A DNA stretch of 25,996 nt from an uncultured Pseudomonadales bacterium (GTDB lineage Bacteria > Pseudomonadota > Gammaproteobacteria > Pseudomonadales > Natronospirillaceae): the NCBI GenBank assembly GCA_963925745.1, contig CAWUUZ010000054.1, forward strand, positions 1 through 25,996, in the 5' to 3' direction. Below, in pieces: positions 7,680 to 16,109 of this stretch. Under the pieces are notes generated by a model. It did not search any database. It had not been told where the DNA came from and saw nothing but the letters and a program-made list of their open reading frames with translations. How positions within the stretch are numbered: position 1 is the first letter of the stretch; every line of letters starts with the position of its first letter. The position numbers and the translations under genes are program-made.

Positions 7680-8423
7680 CTATTTGCGGTGTGACCCTTG
7701 GCAAATGGCGACATACTGTTTTACCACAGGTCCGTAGCCTTGATAAAGGGCCTCAATGGTCAGGGCGTGACCAATGGAAACCTCATCAATACCCGGAATG
7801 GTCAAGAATTGGGCGAGGTTGTTGAGGTCTAAATCGTGCCCTGCGTTGACGCCTAAGCCAGCCTTGGTGGCGGCCTCAGTAGCCAATCGAAATTGCTCCA
7901 AGGCAACGCTTTCTTGCGCGGTACCAAAGGCTTCAGCCCAACTTTCGGTATAGAGTTCTACGCGGTCAGTGCCCAAGGAGGCTGCCACAGACATGGCTTC
8001 AGGATCGGGATCCATAAAGAGCGATACCCGAATACCTGCAGCCTGTAAGCGATCGATAATGGGTTTAAGCAGACCACCCTCTACAGCCACATTATAGCCA
8101 TGGTCTGATGTCAGTTGGTTCGGATCATCCGGTACCAGTGTGCACTGTGCGGGTTGGGCAGCAACGACAATGTCGAGAAATTCGGGCGTAGGGTTGCCTT
8201 CAATGTTGAGCTCTGTGCCAGGGAACTGGGCTATCAGCGCCTTGAGTTCAGCGATGTCGTCATAACGTGCGTGTCGTTGATCGGGTCGCGGATGAATCGT
8301 CAGGCCCTTAGCGCCCTGTTCCAATGCCAAACGACCAAAGTCGACAAGGCGCGGGAAGTCTCTGCCACGGCTGTTGCGTAACAAAGCAATTTTATTGAGG
8401 TTCACGCTAAGGGATGTTGTCAT
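7680..8423 (-). CDS. pdxJ: Pyridoxine 5'-phosphate synthase
   Basis: SVNLNKIALLRNSRG, GLTIHPRPDQRH, NIEG, CTLVPD, RVSLF, VELYT, NAGHDL and SIGHAL match the PdxJ TIM-barrel motifs. Confidence 0.95.
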   Translation of the reverse strand: MTTSLSVNLNKIALLRNSRGRDFPRLVDFGRLALEQGAKGLTIHPRPDQRHARYDDIAELKALIAQFPGTELNIEGNPTPEFLDIVVAAQPAQCTLVPDDPNQLTSDHGYNVAVEGGLLKPIIDRLQAAGIRVSLFMDPDPEAMSVAASLGTDRVELYTESWAEAFGTAQESVALEQFRLATEAATKAGLGVNAGHDLDLNNLAQFLTIPGIDEVSIGHALTIEALYQGYGPVVKQYVAICQGSHRK

Positions 8424-8476
8424 CTTCTGTCTCAATTATTCTGCAACCCCAATAAGGCTTTAAGGTCGCTAACAGC

Positions 8477-8521
8477 AAAAAACCCGTCACACCAGTGCGC
8501 AAAACGCATTTGTCTGACGGG
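8477..8521 (-). terminator. Rho-independent terminator after puuC
   Basis: Minus strand: a cccgtca...tgacggg stem (8515-8521/8483-8489) with an inner tgcg/cgca stem, followed by tttttt. Confidence 0.6.
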
Positions 8522-8546
8522 CACTTGGCACCATTTTAACAGATAT

Positions 8547-10043
8547 TTAGTCCAATTTGATCCAAGTTGCCTTGGTTTCAGTATATTTATCAAATGCATG
8601 CAATGATTTGTCTCGACCATTGCCGCTCTGTTTGAATCCGCCAAAGGGGGCTGTCATATCGCCACCGTCATATTGGTTCACCCAGATTGATCCCGCACGA
8701 ACGGCTTTGGCTACGCGGTGTGCGCGTCCCAAGTTGCTCGTCCAGACACCAGCTGCCAGACCATACTCTGTGTCATTCGCGATGCGAATGGCCTCTTCTT
8801 CAGTCTTAAATCGTAAGACCGCCAATACAGGGCCAAAGATTTCTTCGCGGGCAATCTTCATATCGCTGGTGACATGATCAAATACGGTCGGCTGCACGTA
8901 AAAACCACCATTTACAATCGCTGGCTCACTGCCGCCTGTGGTCAGGCTTGCACCGTCGGACTCGCCTGATTGAATATAGGACGTGACGCGTTTGAGTTGG
9001 ATGTCATCTACGATAGCGCCACACTGGGTCTTTGGATCCAAGGGATGGCCTGGCTGCCAAGCCTTCATGTGGTGGTTAACGCGCGCAACAAATTCATCCG
9101 CAATGCTGTCTTCTAGCAACAGCCTTGAACCCGCTGTACAGACCTCGCCCTGGTTATAGGCGATAGCCATGGCCGCTTCCTTTGCTGCAAATTCAAGATC
9201 AGGTGCGTCTGCAAAAACGATGTTAGGAGATTTGCCGCCTGCTTCAACCCACACGCGCTTCATGTTGGACTCACCCGAACAGATAAACAGCTGTTTGGCG
9301 ACGCCAGTGGAACCGGTAAATACCAAGCAATCGACATCCATATGCATCGCAAGTGACTTGCCGATGGTGTGTCCATAACCCGGAACAACGTTAAAAACGC
9401 CTGCAGGGATGCCGGCTTCTAACGCAAGCTGGCCAAAACGTATCGCGGTTAGGGGCGATTTTTCAGATGGCTTTAAGATGATGGAGTTACCGGTCGCAAG
9501 GGCTGGGCCAAGCTTCCAAGAGGCCATGATCATCGGAAAATTCCAAGGAACGATGGCCGCAACCACACCAATGGCTTCCTGAGTGATCATGCCGATTTCA
9601 CCGGGTCTTGTTTGAGCGACTTCACCATAGACCTTGTCTATGGCCTCTGCACACCAGCGGATACAACGCGCTGACGCGGGCACATCGACGGCAAGGGAAT
9701 CACCAATTGGTTTTCCCATGTCGAGGGTTTCGAGCAGGGCAAGTTCATCGCGATTGGCTTCAATAAGATCAGCGAACTTCATCATGATTTTTTTACGAAC
9801 AACAGGCGGCAGCTGAGACCATGAACCCTGCTCAAATTGAGCGCGCGCAGCAGCAACAGCTCGGTCGGCATCAGCGGCGTCGCAACTCGCAACCTGGGCC
9901 AGTACGCGTCCATCAATGGGGCTAATACAGGCAAAGCTCTCACCAGACAATGAATCGACCATTTCGCCATTGATAAGTGCGCGGCCTTCGATGGTTAACG
10001 CATTGGCTTTATTTTGCCAAAAACTTTGATCACGCTCTGTCAT
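8547..10043 (-). CDS. puuC: Aldehyde dehydrogenase, gamma-glutamyl-gamma-aminobutyraldehyde dehydrogenase type
   Basis: IVPWNFP, ILKPSEKSP, FTGSTGV, VWVEAGGKSP (the EAGGK variant typical of PuuC), catalytic Cys in NQGEVCTAGSR, EEIFGPV and APFGGFKQSGNGRDKSLHA. It lies in the polyamine locus; ATG 10043 follows GGAG. Confidence 0.88.
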   Translation of the reverse strand: MTERDQSFWQNKANALTIEGRALINGEMVDSLSGESFACISPIDGRVLAQVASCDAADADRAVAAARAQFEQGSWSQLPPVVRKKIMMKFADLIEANRDELALLETLDMGKPIGDSLAVDVPASARCIRWCAEAIDKVYGEVAQTRPGEIGMITQEAIGVVAAIVPWNFPMIMASWKLGPALATGNSIILKPSEKSPLTAIRFGQLALEAGIPAGVFNVVPGYGHTIGKSLAMHMDVDCLVFTGSTGVAKQLFICSGESNMKRVWVEAGGKSPNIVFADAPDLEFAAKEAAMAIAYNQGEVCTAGSRLLLEDSIADEFVARVNHHMKAWQPGHPLDPKTQCGAIVDDIQLKRVTSYIQSGESDGASLTTGGSEPAIVNGGFYVQPTVFDHVTSDMKIAREEIFGPVLAVLRFKTEEEAIRIANDTEYGLAAGVWTSNLGRAHRVAKAVRAGSIWVNQYDGGDMTAPFGGFKQSGNGRDKSLHAFDKYTETKATWIKLD

Positions 10044-10092
10044 GAAATACTCCAAAAATAAGCATAGGGGTGGGTATAGCAACCCCGTAAGG

Positions 10093-10168
10093 GTTCAATA
10101 TAACGAACACTTTATGTCAAAAGTTGTCAATTGTCGCGCGGTATTGGTGTAAATGTTCAGTTTTAACA
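10093..10168. promoter_or_regulatory. Two candidate PuuR/PauR-type repressor sites upstream of puuC
   Basis: gttcaatataacgaaca (10093-10109) and tgttcagttttaaca (10154-10168). Similar 15-mers recur in the puuA-spuA intergenic region. Confidence 0.4.
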
Positions 10169-10213
10169 ACGCTAGTGGCCACGAGTGCGTGGCTCGGTAA
10201 GGACCAGGTTGTG

Positions 10214-12064
10214 CTATAAATCAACAGCTGTAGCGGGCGGTTTGGGCGCACTGAGGCTACGATAGACCATCCTGTTTCTGCCGGCATTTTTGGCTTCATA
10301 GAGCGCGGCATCAGCAAGATTATAAATGGTGTCTACATTGGTCTCAGCATCGCACATCACATGCACCGTACCGATTGAGACTGAGAGACGCTCATTGATA
10401 CCCGAGGGGTGTGCAATATTGGCTTGGTAAAGCGCCTCAAAGAATTCAGCTACGTGCTTTTCAGTGTTGCTGTCTGAGGCACAGGGATGCAAGATGCCAA
10501 ATTCTTCGCCACCCAGACGATAGATCGCATCTGTCTCTCTGATCCAATGAGCGGTCAAAAGGTTGGAAAAGGCCTGCAATGCCTGGTCGCCCTTGTCATG
10601 TCCAAGCACGTCGTTTAACCGTTTGAAAAAATCGATGTCGATAATATGGAATACCAAGGGGTGCTTCAGTCGGTTGCTTCGTGCAATCTCTTCACGGAAC
10701 CGTTTGGCAAACTGACGTCGATTGAACAATCCGGTTAGGGGATCGGTGTCAGACAGCTGTTGCAGCTTGAGGTTGGTCCAAATAAGCTTTTTGTTGATTT
10801 CTTTAAGCTCACTGGTTCGCGCATTGACGTTTTCTTCTAGCCTGTGGTTAAGCTCCCAAGTAGAGGTGAGCAGCTTCAAATTGCTGGCATCCTTTTCGGC
10901 AGAAAGCTGGTTGAGCTTCTCACCCAGGGCAAAGGCCAGCAACAAACTCTCTATGCCCGCACCGATGTCAACAGCGTGATAGACCAAGAAGCTCGGTTGA
11001 ATCCAGCCCAGGATGCGGAAAATGTAGACAATGGTACTCGCAAGTAAGATGCCCCATGCGGCCAAAAATATCTTGGAAACGTGATCGCCCTTTATTGAGC
11101 CTCGGATAGCAAAATAGAGCATGCCCACCAACACCAAGAGTGCCTGAGGCGACAGATAGTGGTAGGTCATAGCCACCCGACCGCTGACTGCTAGCAACAA
11201 CGGAATACTTAATGAAGCGATTAAAATCTGATAGGCAAGGTGAGAGCGCGGAAAGTTGTGCTTGGTGTTGAGCATGTCTGTCGCAAACACATACAGCATG
11301 ACATAGACAAAGATGACCGCAATGGGTTTGCTCTGATTGACCAGCCAGGGATTATCTGTCCACCAATACAGTGCCGCAAAGCCACGAAAACTAAAGTGAA
11401 ATATGACAAAACAGGCCGTATAGCCGGCATATTTCAGGAATCGAATGTCACGGTGTGAGAAATAGAGCAGTAGGTTGTAACTGCCAATCCAGATTAAACC
11501 ACCATAGAGAATGCCGTAAACGAAAAACTCAAGCAGGTTTCCGGAGAGAAAGGCGTCGCGCGTTTGAATGACCAAGGGCCCCGCTTCATACATGCCATCA
11601 AAGGAATCAAATCGCATGTAAAGCGTGAAGGGTTCGTTTTTCACCTCAGGCACAGGAAAGGCAAAATAGCGGCTGTCGATTGCGCGGGACGATAGCGGCA
11701 GTCGGTCGCCGGTTTTGTATTCAGCAATGATCTGACCCTGGGCATCCACAAACCAGAGGTCGATATAATCCTGAACGGGCATTTGAGCAACAACCAACAG
11801 GGAATCTGTATTTTGATCCGTTAAGAGCAATTCGGTACGAAACCAAAATTCAGATTCAGAAAAGCTGGCATCAAAGTTGGATTTTTGAGTCTTTTTCCAC
11901 GCGCTGCCATGCTGGCTGATAACCGTTTCCAGCGTGAGTGGCGATTCGGTGTTTTCAATGAGATCACCGGTAGGGAAAATATTGGTGGTGGGAACATTGG
12001 GGTCAACTTCAAAAGCAAAGAGGCTGCTTGAAAACAGTAAGGCTGAAAAAAGAAGTCGGATCAT
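10214..12064 (-). CDS. Membrane sensor diguanylate cyclase (signal peptide, 7TMR-DISM extracellular domain, 7TM-DISM helices, coiled coil, GGDEF)
   Basis: Signal peptide MIRLLFSALLFSSSLFA; DISMED2-like NF..S.SEFWFR and DYIDLW; about 7 hydrophobic helices; LEENVNARTSEL coiled coil; TDPLTGLFNRR, DIDFFK.LND..GH..GD, RETD I-site, RLGGEEF, ADAALYEAK.AGRN. Confidence 0.92.
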   Translation of the reverse strand: MIRLLFSALLFSSSLFAFEVDPNVPTTNIFPTGDLIENTESPLTLETVISQHGSAWKKTQKSNFDASFSESEFWFRTELLLTDQNTDSLLVVAQMPVQDYIDLWFVDAQGQIIAEYKTGDRLPLSSRAIDSRYFAFPVPEVKNEPFTLYMRFDSFDGMYEAGPLVIQTRDAFLSGNLLEFFVYGILYGGLIWIGSYNLLLYFSHRDIRFLKYAGYTACFVIFHFSFRGFAALYWWTDNPWLVNQSKPIAVIFVYVMLYVFATDMLNTKHNFPRSHLAYQILIASLSIPLLLAVSGRVAMTYHYLSPQALLVLVGMLYFAIRGSIKGDHVSKIFLAAWGILLASTIVYIFRILGWIQPSFLVYHAVDIGAGIESLLLAFALGEKLNQLSAEKDASNLKLLTSTWELNHRLEENVNARTSELKEINKKLIWTNLKLQQLSDTDPLTGLFNRRQFAKRFREEIARSNRLKHPLVFHIIDIDFFKRLNDVLGHDKGDQALQAFSNLLTAHWIRETDAIYRLGGEEFGILHPCASDSNTEKHVAEFFEALYQANIAHPSGINERLSVSIGTVHVMCDAETNVDTIYNLADAALYEAKNAGRNRMVYRSLSAPKPPATAVDL

Positions 12065-12221
12065 AGAGCCCCTATCACACATTTATGGATGCAACATCCC
12101 AAGAAACCTAACGGGTAAGACATAGCGATGCAGTTTACGTCTAACTGAGGACAGTTGAAACAGTCTAGGTGAAAACGCGATAGAGAGTAAGACGTATGTC
12201 ACGTTTTGGGTTAACTTCTGC

Positions 12222-13499
12222 TCACCGCGCCATGATTTCCTGTAGTCGAAACCAGAGCATGCCGAGCTGAGCAATCCCTGATCGGGCAGAGTCGGATGCC
12301 AGAAAACGCCGGTGTGTGACGCGCTCAAATAGCGCCATGGCGGCAGGAGATCCGGTGATGCTGTCAGCAACCACCTGACCGGCCAAACCAGCCAGGGCCA
12401 TGCCATGCCCGCTGTATCCCTGAGCGACAGTGATGTTGTTTTCCAGTCTGCGAATTTCAGGCATTTGAGGCTGGGTCACAGCGACCTTGCCACCCCAGGA
12501 GAAGTCGATGTGGGTGTCGGTCAACTGGGGAAAGTGTTTGAGCATGCGTTGGTGCAGAATCTGTGCGGATGCGTCATCGTTACGACCCAATACGCCAGGT
12601 CGGCCACCCCAGAGTAGACGACCATCGTTGCTCATTCGAAAATAATGCAGCAAAAAGGCCATGTCAGAACAGGCTGCTTGGCAGGGAATCAAATCCACAG
12701 ACAGGGGTTCGGTGGCAATGATGTGGCTGCTCACCGGTAGCAGGCCTTTCGCCAATCCGGGTAGTAGGTTGCCGATCAGTGCGTTGCCCGCCAAAACCAG
12801 ATGTTGCGCCCTGATCTGATGTAGGCCCGCAGCGATCGTTAACGTTGCACCCTTTTGGATATGCGTTACCGGGGTATGGTCAAACAGCATGACGCCTTGA
12901 GACAGGGCAGCTTTTGCCAAGCCTAGGGTGTAGTTGCGCGGATGTAGATGCCCACTCTCAGTCTCGTGCACGCCGAGGGTATAGCGGCTTGACTGAATAT
13001 GTGAATACAGTGTGTCGCCCTTCAATATCTGACTTTCAACACCCTGATGGTTTAAGGCAGCGTGATACTGAAGGAGTTTGCGTTGTTCTTTGGGGGTGGT
13101 GGCCAGGGTGAGTGCGCCCTGTTTGAGATCGCAATCAATCCCATGGGTTTGAATCCTGTGTCTGGTCAGTTCGAGGGCGGTTTGGGAAAGTGCCCAAAAA
13201 CGCGCTGCGTCTTCTGCCCCGTATTGCCGTTCCAAATCCTGCTGTGATTCATTGAAGCCCAGTAACAGTTGACCACCGCTGCGACCAGAGGCGCCTGAGG
13301 CAAAGGTATCGGCTTCCAAAACAACGGTAGAAAGGCCCCGTTCAGACAGCTGTAAGGCGGTACTTAACCCGGTGACACCGCCACCAATAATGGCAACATC
13401 GACGTCAAGGTCTTGTTGGAGGGGGTTTATAGCGGGGTATGGGCAGCTACTGTCTTCGTAGTAGCTGCCCTGATGACGAACGCTTAGGCGTGAAGCCAT
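12222..13499 (-). CDS. puuB: FAD-dependent gamma-glutamylputrescine oxidase-like oxidoreductase
   Basis: DVAIIGGGVTGLSTAL, GASGRSGGQ, HLHPRNY, YFR.S.DGRLLWGG and GYSGHGM. It starts 6 nt downstream of the puuA-like gene. Confidence 0.85.
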   Translation of the reverse strand: MASRLSVRHQGSYYEDSSCPYPAINPLQQDLDVDVAIIGGGVTGLSTALQLSERGLSTVVLEADTFASGASGRSGGQLLLGFNESQQDLERQYGAEDAARFWALSQTALELTRHRIQTHGIDCDLKQGALTLATTPKEQRKLLQYHAALNHQGVESQILKGDTLYSHIQSSRYTLGVHETESGHLHPRNYTLGLAKAALSQGVMLFDHTPVTHIQKGATLTIAAGLHQIRAQHLVLAGNALIGNLLPGLAKGLLPVSSHIIATEPLSVDLIPCQAACSDMAFLLHYFRMSNDGRLLWGGRPGVLGRNDDASAQILHQRMLKHFPQLTDTHIDFSWGGKVAVTQPQMPEIRRLENNITVAQGYSGHGMALAGLAGQVVADSITGSPAAMALFERVTHRRFLASDSARSGIAQLGMLWFRLQEIMAR

Positions 13500-13505
13500 G
13501 GTCTG

Positions 13506-14855
13506 TTATCCAATAAGGATTTCATATTCCAAGGCGCTGATCTGTTTGTTAAACAGCTCAATATCAGCTTCACGAACCGCAAGCATGGTCTTTTGGAAGG
13601 CCGGATTGAAATAGGCAGAAAATCCATTGTGCTTAGAGAAATTTCTAACCGCAACCCGTGCTGAATCCGTCAATTCCATCGGAACCTGTTCATAGGCATT
13701 CCCCTCAATAGGATCTCCCGGAAGGATCTTATTGGTAAGGCCATAATCCATACCCGCGAGGACCAAGGCTACTGATAGGTAGGGGTTCGCATCGGCGCCA
13801 GCAACGCGATGCTCTACACGTAACGCGTGGTCTGGGCTGTTAGGTACGCGAACAGCAACTGAACGGTTATCCCAACCCCAGGTTCTGGCGTGAGGCGCGT
13901 AAGAACCGACACCCAGTCGCTTATAGCTGTTTTGGGTAGGGAACATCAGAATCTGCGACGGAATCAGGGTATCAAGCAAGCCACCGATGGCGTGCATGAG
14001 CAAATTACGGTCCTGAGCGAAGATGTTGTTGCCATCCTTGTCCAACATGCTGCAGTGAATGTGTGTACCACTGCCAGACTCTTCTATATAGGGCTTGGCC
14101 ATAAAGGTTGCTTTCATCTCAAACTCGGAAGCAGCCTGTTTGATGATGCGCTTGAGCATGGTGGCCTGGTCTGCTGCCAAGCAGGGATCCTTCACATGAT
14201 AGAGGTTGACTTCAAACTGACCTGGAGCGTATTCCGCAATAACACCATCAGCCGGTAGGTTTTGAACAGCGCTGTATTCCATGACCCGATCGATAAAGTC
14301 GCGGAAATCGTCCAAGTCTTCCATAGAGTAGACCTGGGTGTTTTGGCTTCTGTCGCCGGTCTTTTGCGATACCGGTGGCTGTGGTAAGCCGGTGCTCTTA
14401 ACAAATTTTCGGTCGATGAGATAAAACTCGAGTTCCACAGCGACAACAGCGGTAAGACCTTTCTCGGTCACGCGCGCGCTGATCTCAGACAATACTTGGC
14501 GCGGGTTGCCACCAAATAGCGCGTTATGCTCGTCTACCATGGTTACCAAAACCTGTGCGCGGTTAGGCGCCCAAGGTACGGGTACCAGGGTGCCAGGTAG
14601 TGGGAAGCAGGTGCCATCACGGTCGCCTGTTTCAAAACCAAGACCGGTTTCCTCTACGGTGGTGCCTGTCGCATCCAAACCGAAAACGGATACTGGAAGG
14701 CAAACACCTTCGGTAAAGACCTTTTCAAAGGCACTTCTGCTGACACGCTTGCCACGCAGGTAACCGCTTTGGTCCGAAAGCAACAGTTCAAGGGTGTCGG
14801 TTTCTGGATGTTCTTTTAAGTATGCTTCTAATTCTTCAACAGACGCTAATTTCAT
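13506..14855 (-). CDS. puuA: Glutamine synthetase-like gamma-glutamylpolyamine synthetase (PuuA/SpuI/PauA type)
   Basis: D..G.LRGKR, VELEFYL, EYAPGQFEVNL, KPY...SGSGTHIHCS, WG.DNR...RVP and RVEHRVAGADANPYL. It is divergent from spuA, like Pseudomonas spuI. Confidence 0.88.
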   Translation of the reverse strand: MKLASVEELEAYLKEHPETDTLELLLSDQSGYLRGKRVSRSAFEKVFTEGVCLPVSVFGLDATGTTVEETGLGFETGDRDGTCFPLPGTLVPVPWAPNRAQVLVTMVDEHNALFGGNPRQVLSEISARVTEKGLTAVVAVELEFYLIDRKFVKSTGLPQPPVSQKTGDRSQNTQVYSMEDLDDFRDFIDRVMEYSAVQNLPADGVIAEYAPGQFEVNLYHVKDPCLAADQATMLKRIIKQAASEFEMKATFMAKPYIEESGSGTHIHCSMLDKDGNNIFAQDRNLLMHAIGGLLDTLIPSQILMFPTQNSYKRLGVGSYAPHARTWGWDNRSVAVRVPNSPDHALRVEHRVAGADANPYLSVALVLAGMDYGLTNKILPGDPIEGNAYEQVPMELTDSARVAVRNFSKHNGFSAYFNPAFQKTMLAVREADIELFNKQISALEYEILIG

Positions 14856-15101
14856 GGTGTGTATTCCATAGGGCTTTGATTTTTTTAGCAGTTTTAGGAT
14901 ATCGGCAGGTGCCAGAGGGTGTCTGACGAACTAAATGCCAAGGTCCTGTTTGATTCATATTTGCGAGGCAGAAACTAAGAATCGATGTCTGTGCATCATT
15001 ATATAGGTGTCATTCTTTTAATTCACATTTTCTTCGCGGTTGATATATTTAACAAAATTGGGCTCATTTGTACAGATTTTCCGCCGATGTGGGCACTTTG
15101 T

Positions 15102-15116
15102 TGTAAATAATTTACA
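15102..15116. promoter_or_regulatory. Perfect 6-3-6 palindrome in the divergent puuA/spuA control region
   Basis: TGTAAA-TAA-TTTACA, with a related half-site (ttgatatatttaaca) at 15040-15054. Confidence 0.5.
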
Positions 15117-15134
15117 GTTAAAGGGTGAAACCAG

Positions 15135-15162
15135 TTGTCAAAAAGTCATATTATGGTATCGT
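15135..15162 (+). promoter_or_regulatory. Possible sigma70 promoter for the spuA operon
   Basis: TTGTCA-16 nt-TATCGT with a TG extension. Confidence 0.3.
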
Positions 15163-15349
15163 CCAGACGAAATAATAGATCGGTTAGCGAGGGGTAAATG
15201 CCTTTTGGCTGTCTCTGAAAGGGGTGGCAAAGGGTGGTTCAGGCTCAGGCGCAGGATGAAATATCGGGCATCAGCTTATCTAAAGAAGCACCGTAAACTA
15301 TAATAACCAATTGATCTGCATTGCCGGATAGATAATGAGGAGTTCTGAA

Positions 15350-16102
15350 ATGGCTGCTAAAAAGCCGCTTGTTGGTGTGGTCTGTGATCGCAAGTTGATA
15401 GGTCCTCACTCATTTCATATTGTTGGCGATAAATATTTGAAAGCCCTGATGTTGGCCGCTGACGTGACACCTGTGATGATTCCAGCAATGGGCCTTAACT
15501 CAGATGTAGCGACCTGGATGGAACACCTGGATGGCATCTTTTTACCAGGCGCCTATTCGATGCTTGATCCTGAGCACTATGGTGAGACATCGGCCAGTGA
15601 GACCTTTGACAAGGACTCCGAAAGAGACGCAACCTCACTGGCTCTGATAAAGCGCGCAATCGCCGAAGGCATGCCTATATTGGGTGTTTGTCGCGGCTTT
15701 CAAGAAATGGTCGTAGCGACCGGTGGCACCCTAAATCAATTGCTTCACGAAGATGACCGTTATCAGGATCACCGTGAAGACAAAACGCAAACGCTAGACG
15801 AACAATATGACAAAGCCCACTCAGTATCCTTTACTAAGGGTGGCTTGTTGGCACAGATAGCCGGCTGTAACGAAGCGATGGTTAACTCGCTGCACGTGCA
15901 GGGTGCCGGAACCATTGGTTCTGCTGCGAAGGTAGAGGCTGTGTCGCCCGATGGCTTGGTAGAAGCGATCTCGGTAATAGATAGTTCAAATTTTGCAATG
16001 GCGGTGCAATGGCACCCCGAATGGAAAGTGCTTGAAGACGACGTTAGCAAACGACTATTTGCGCGCTTCGGCACCGCATGTAAACAACACCAACTAAGAT
16101 GA
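15350..16102 (+). CDS. puuD: Gamma-glutamyl-gamma-aminobutyrate hydrolase (peptidase C26, PuuD/SpuA)
   Basis: GIFLPGAYS, catalytic Cys in LGVCRGFQE, VNSLHVQG, DGLVEA and QWHPE. GAGGAG lies 7 nt before ATG 15350. Confidence 0.93.
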   Translation: MAAKKPLVGVVCDRKLIGPHSFHIVGDKYLKALMLAADVTPVMIPAMGLNSDVATWMEHLDGIFLPGAYSMLDPEHYGETSASETFDKDSERDATSLALIKRAIAEGMPILGVCRGFQEMVVATGGTLNQLLHEDDRYQDHREDKTQTLDEQYDKAHSVSFTKGGLLAQIAGCNEAMVNSLHVQGAGTIGSAAKVEAVSPDGLVEAISVIDSSNFAMAVQWHPEWKVLEDDVSKRLFARFGTACKQHQLR

Positions 16103-16109
16103 GTTCACT

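Noticed and set aside
12065-12221. c-di-GMP riboswitch upstream of the diguanylate cyclase
   Set aside because: No GGCAAACC / GACGCAAAG class I signature on either strand; only short hairpins.
15091-15106. Sigma54 promoter (gggcac...ttg)
   Set aside because: It lacks the GG-N10-GC spacing. The TGGCAC hexamers near 6822, 7563 and 18905 also fail.
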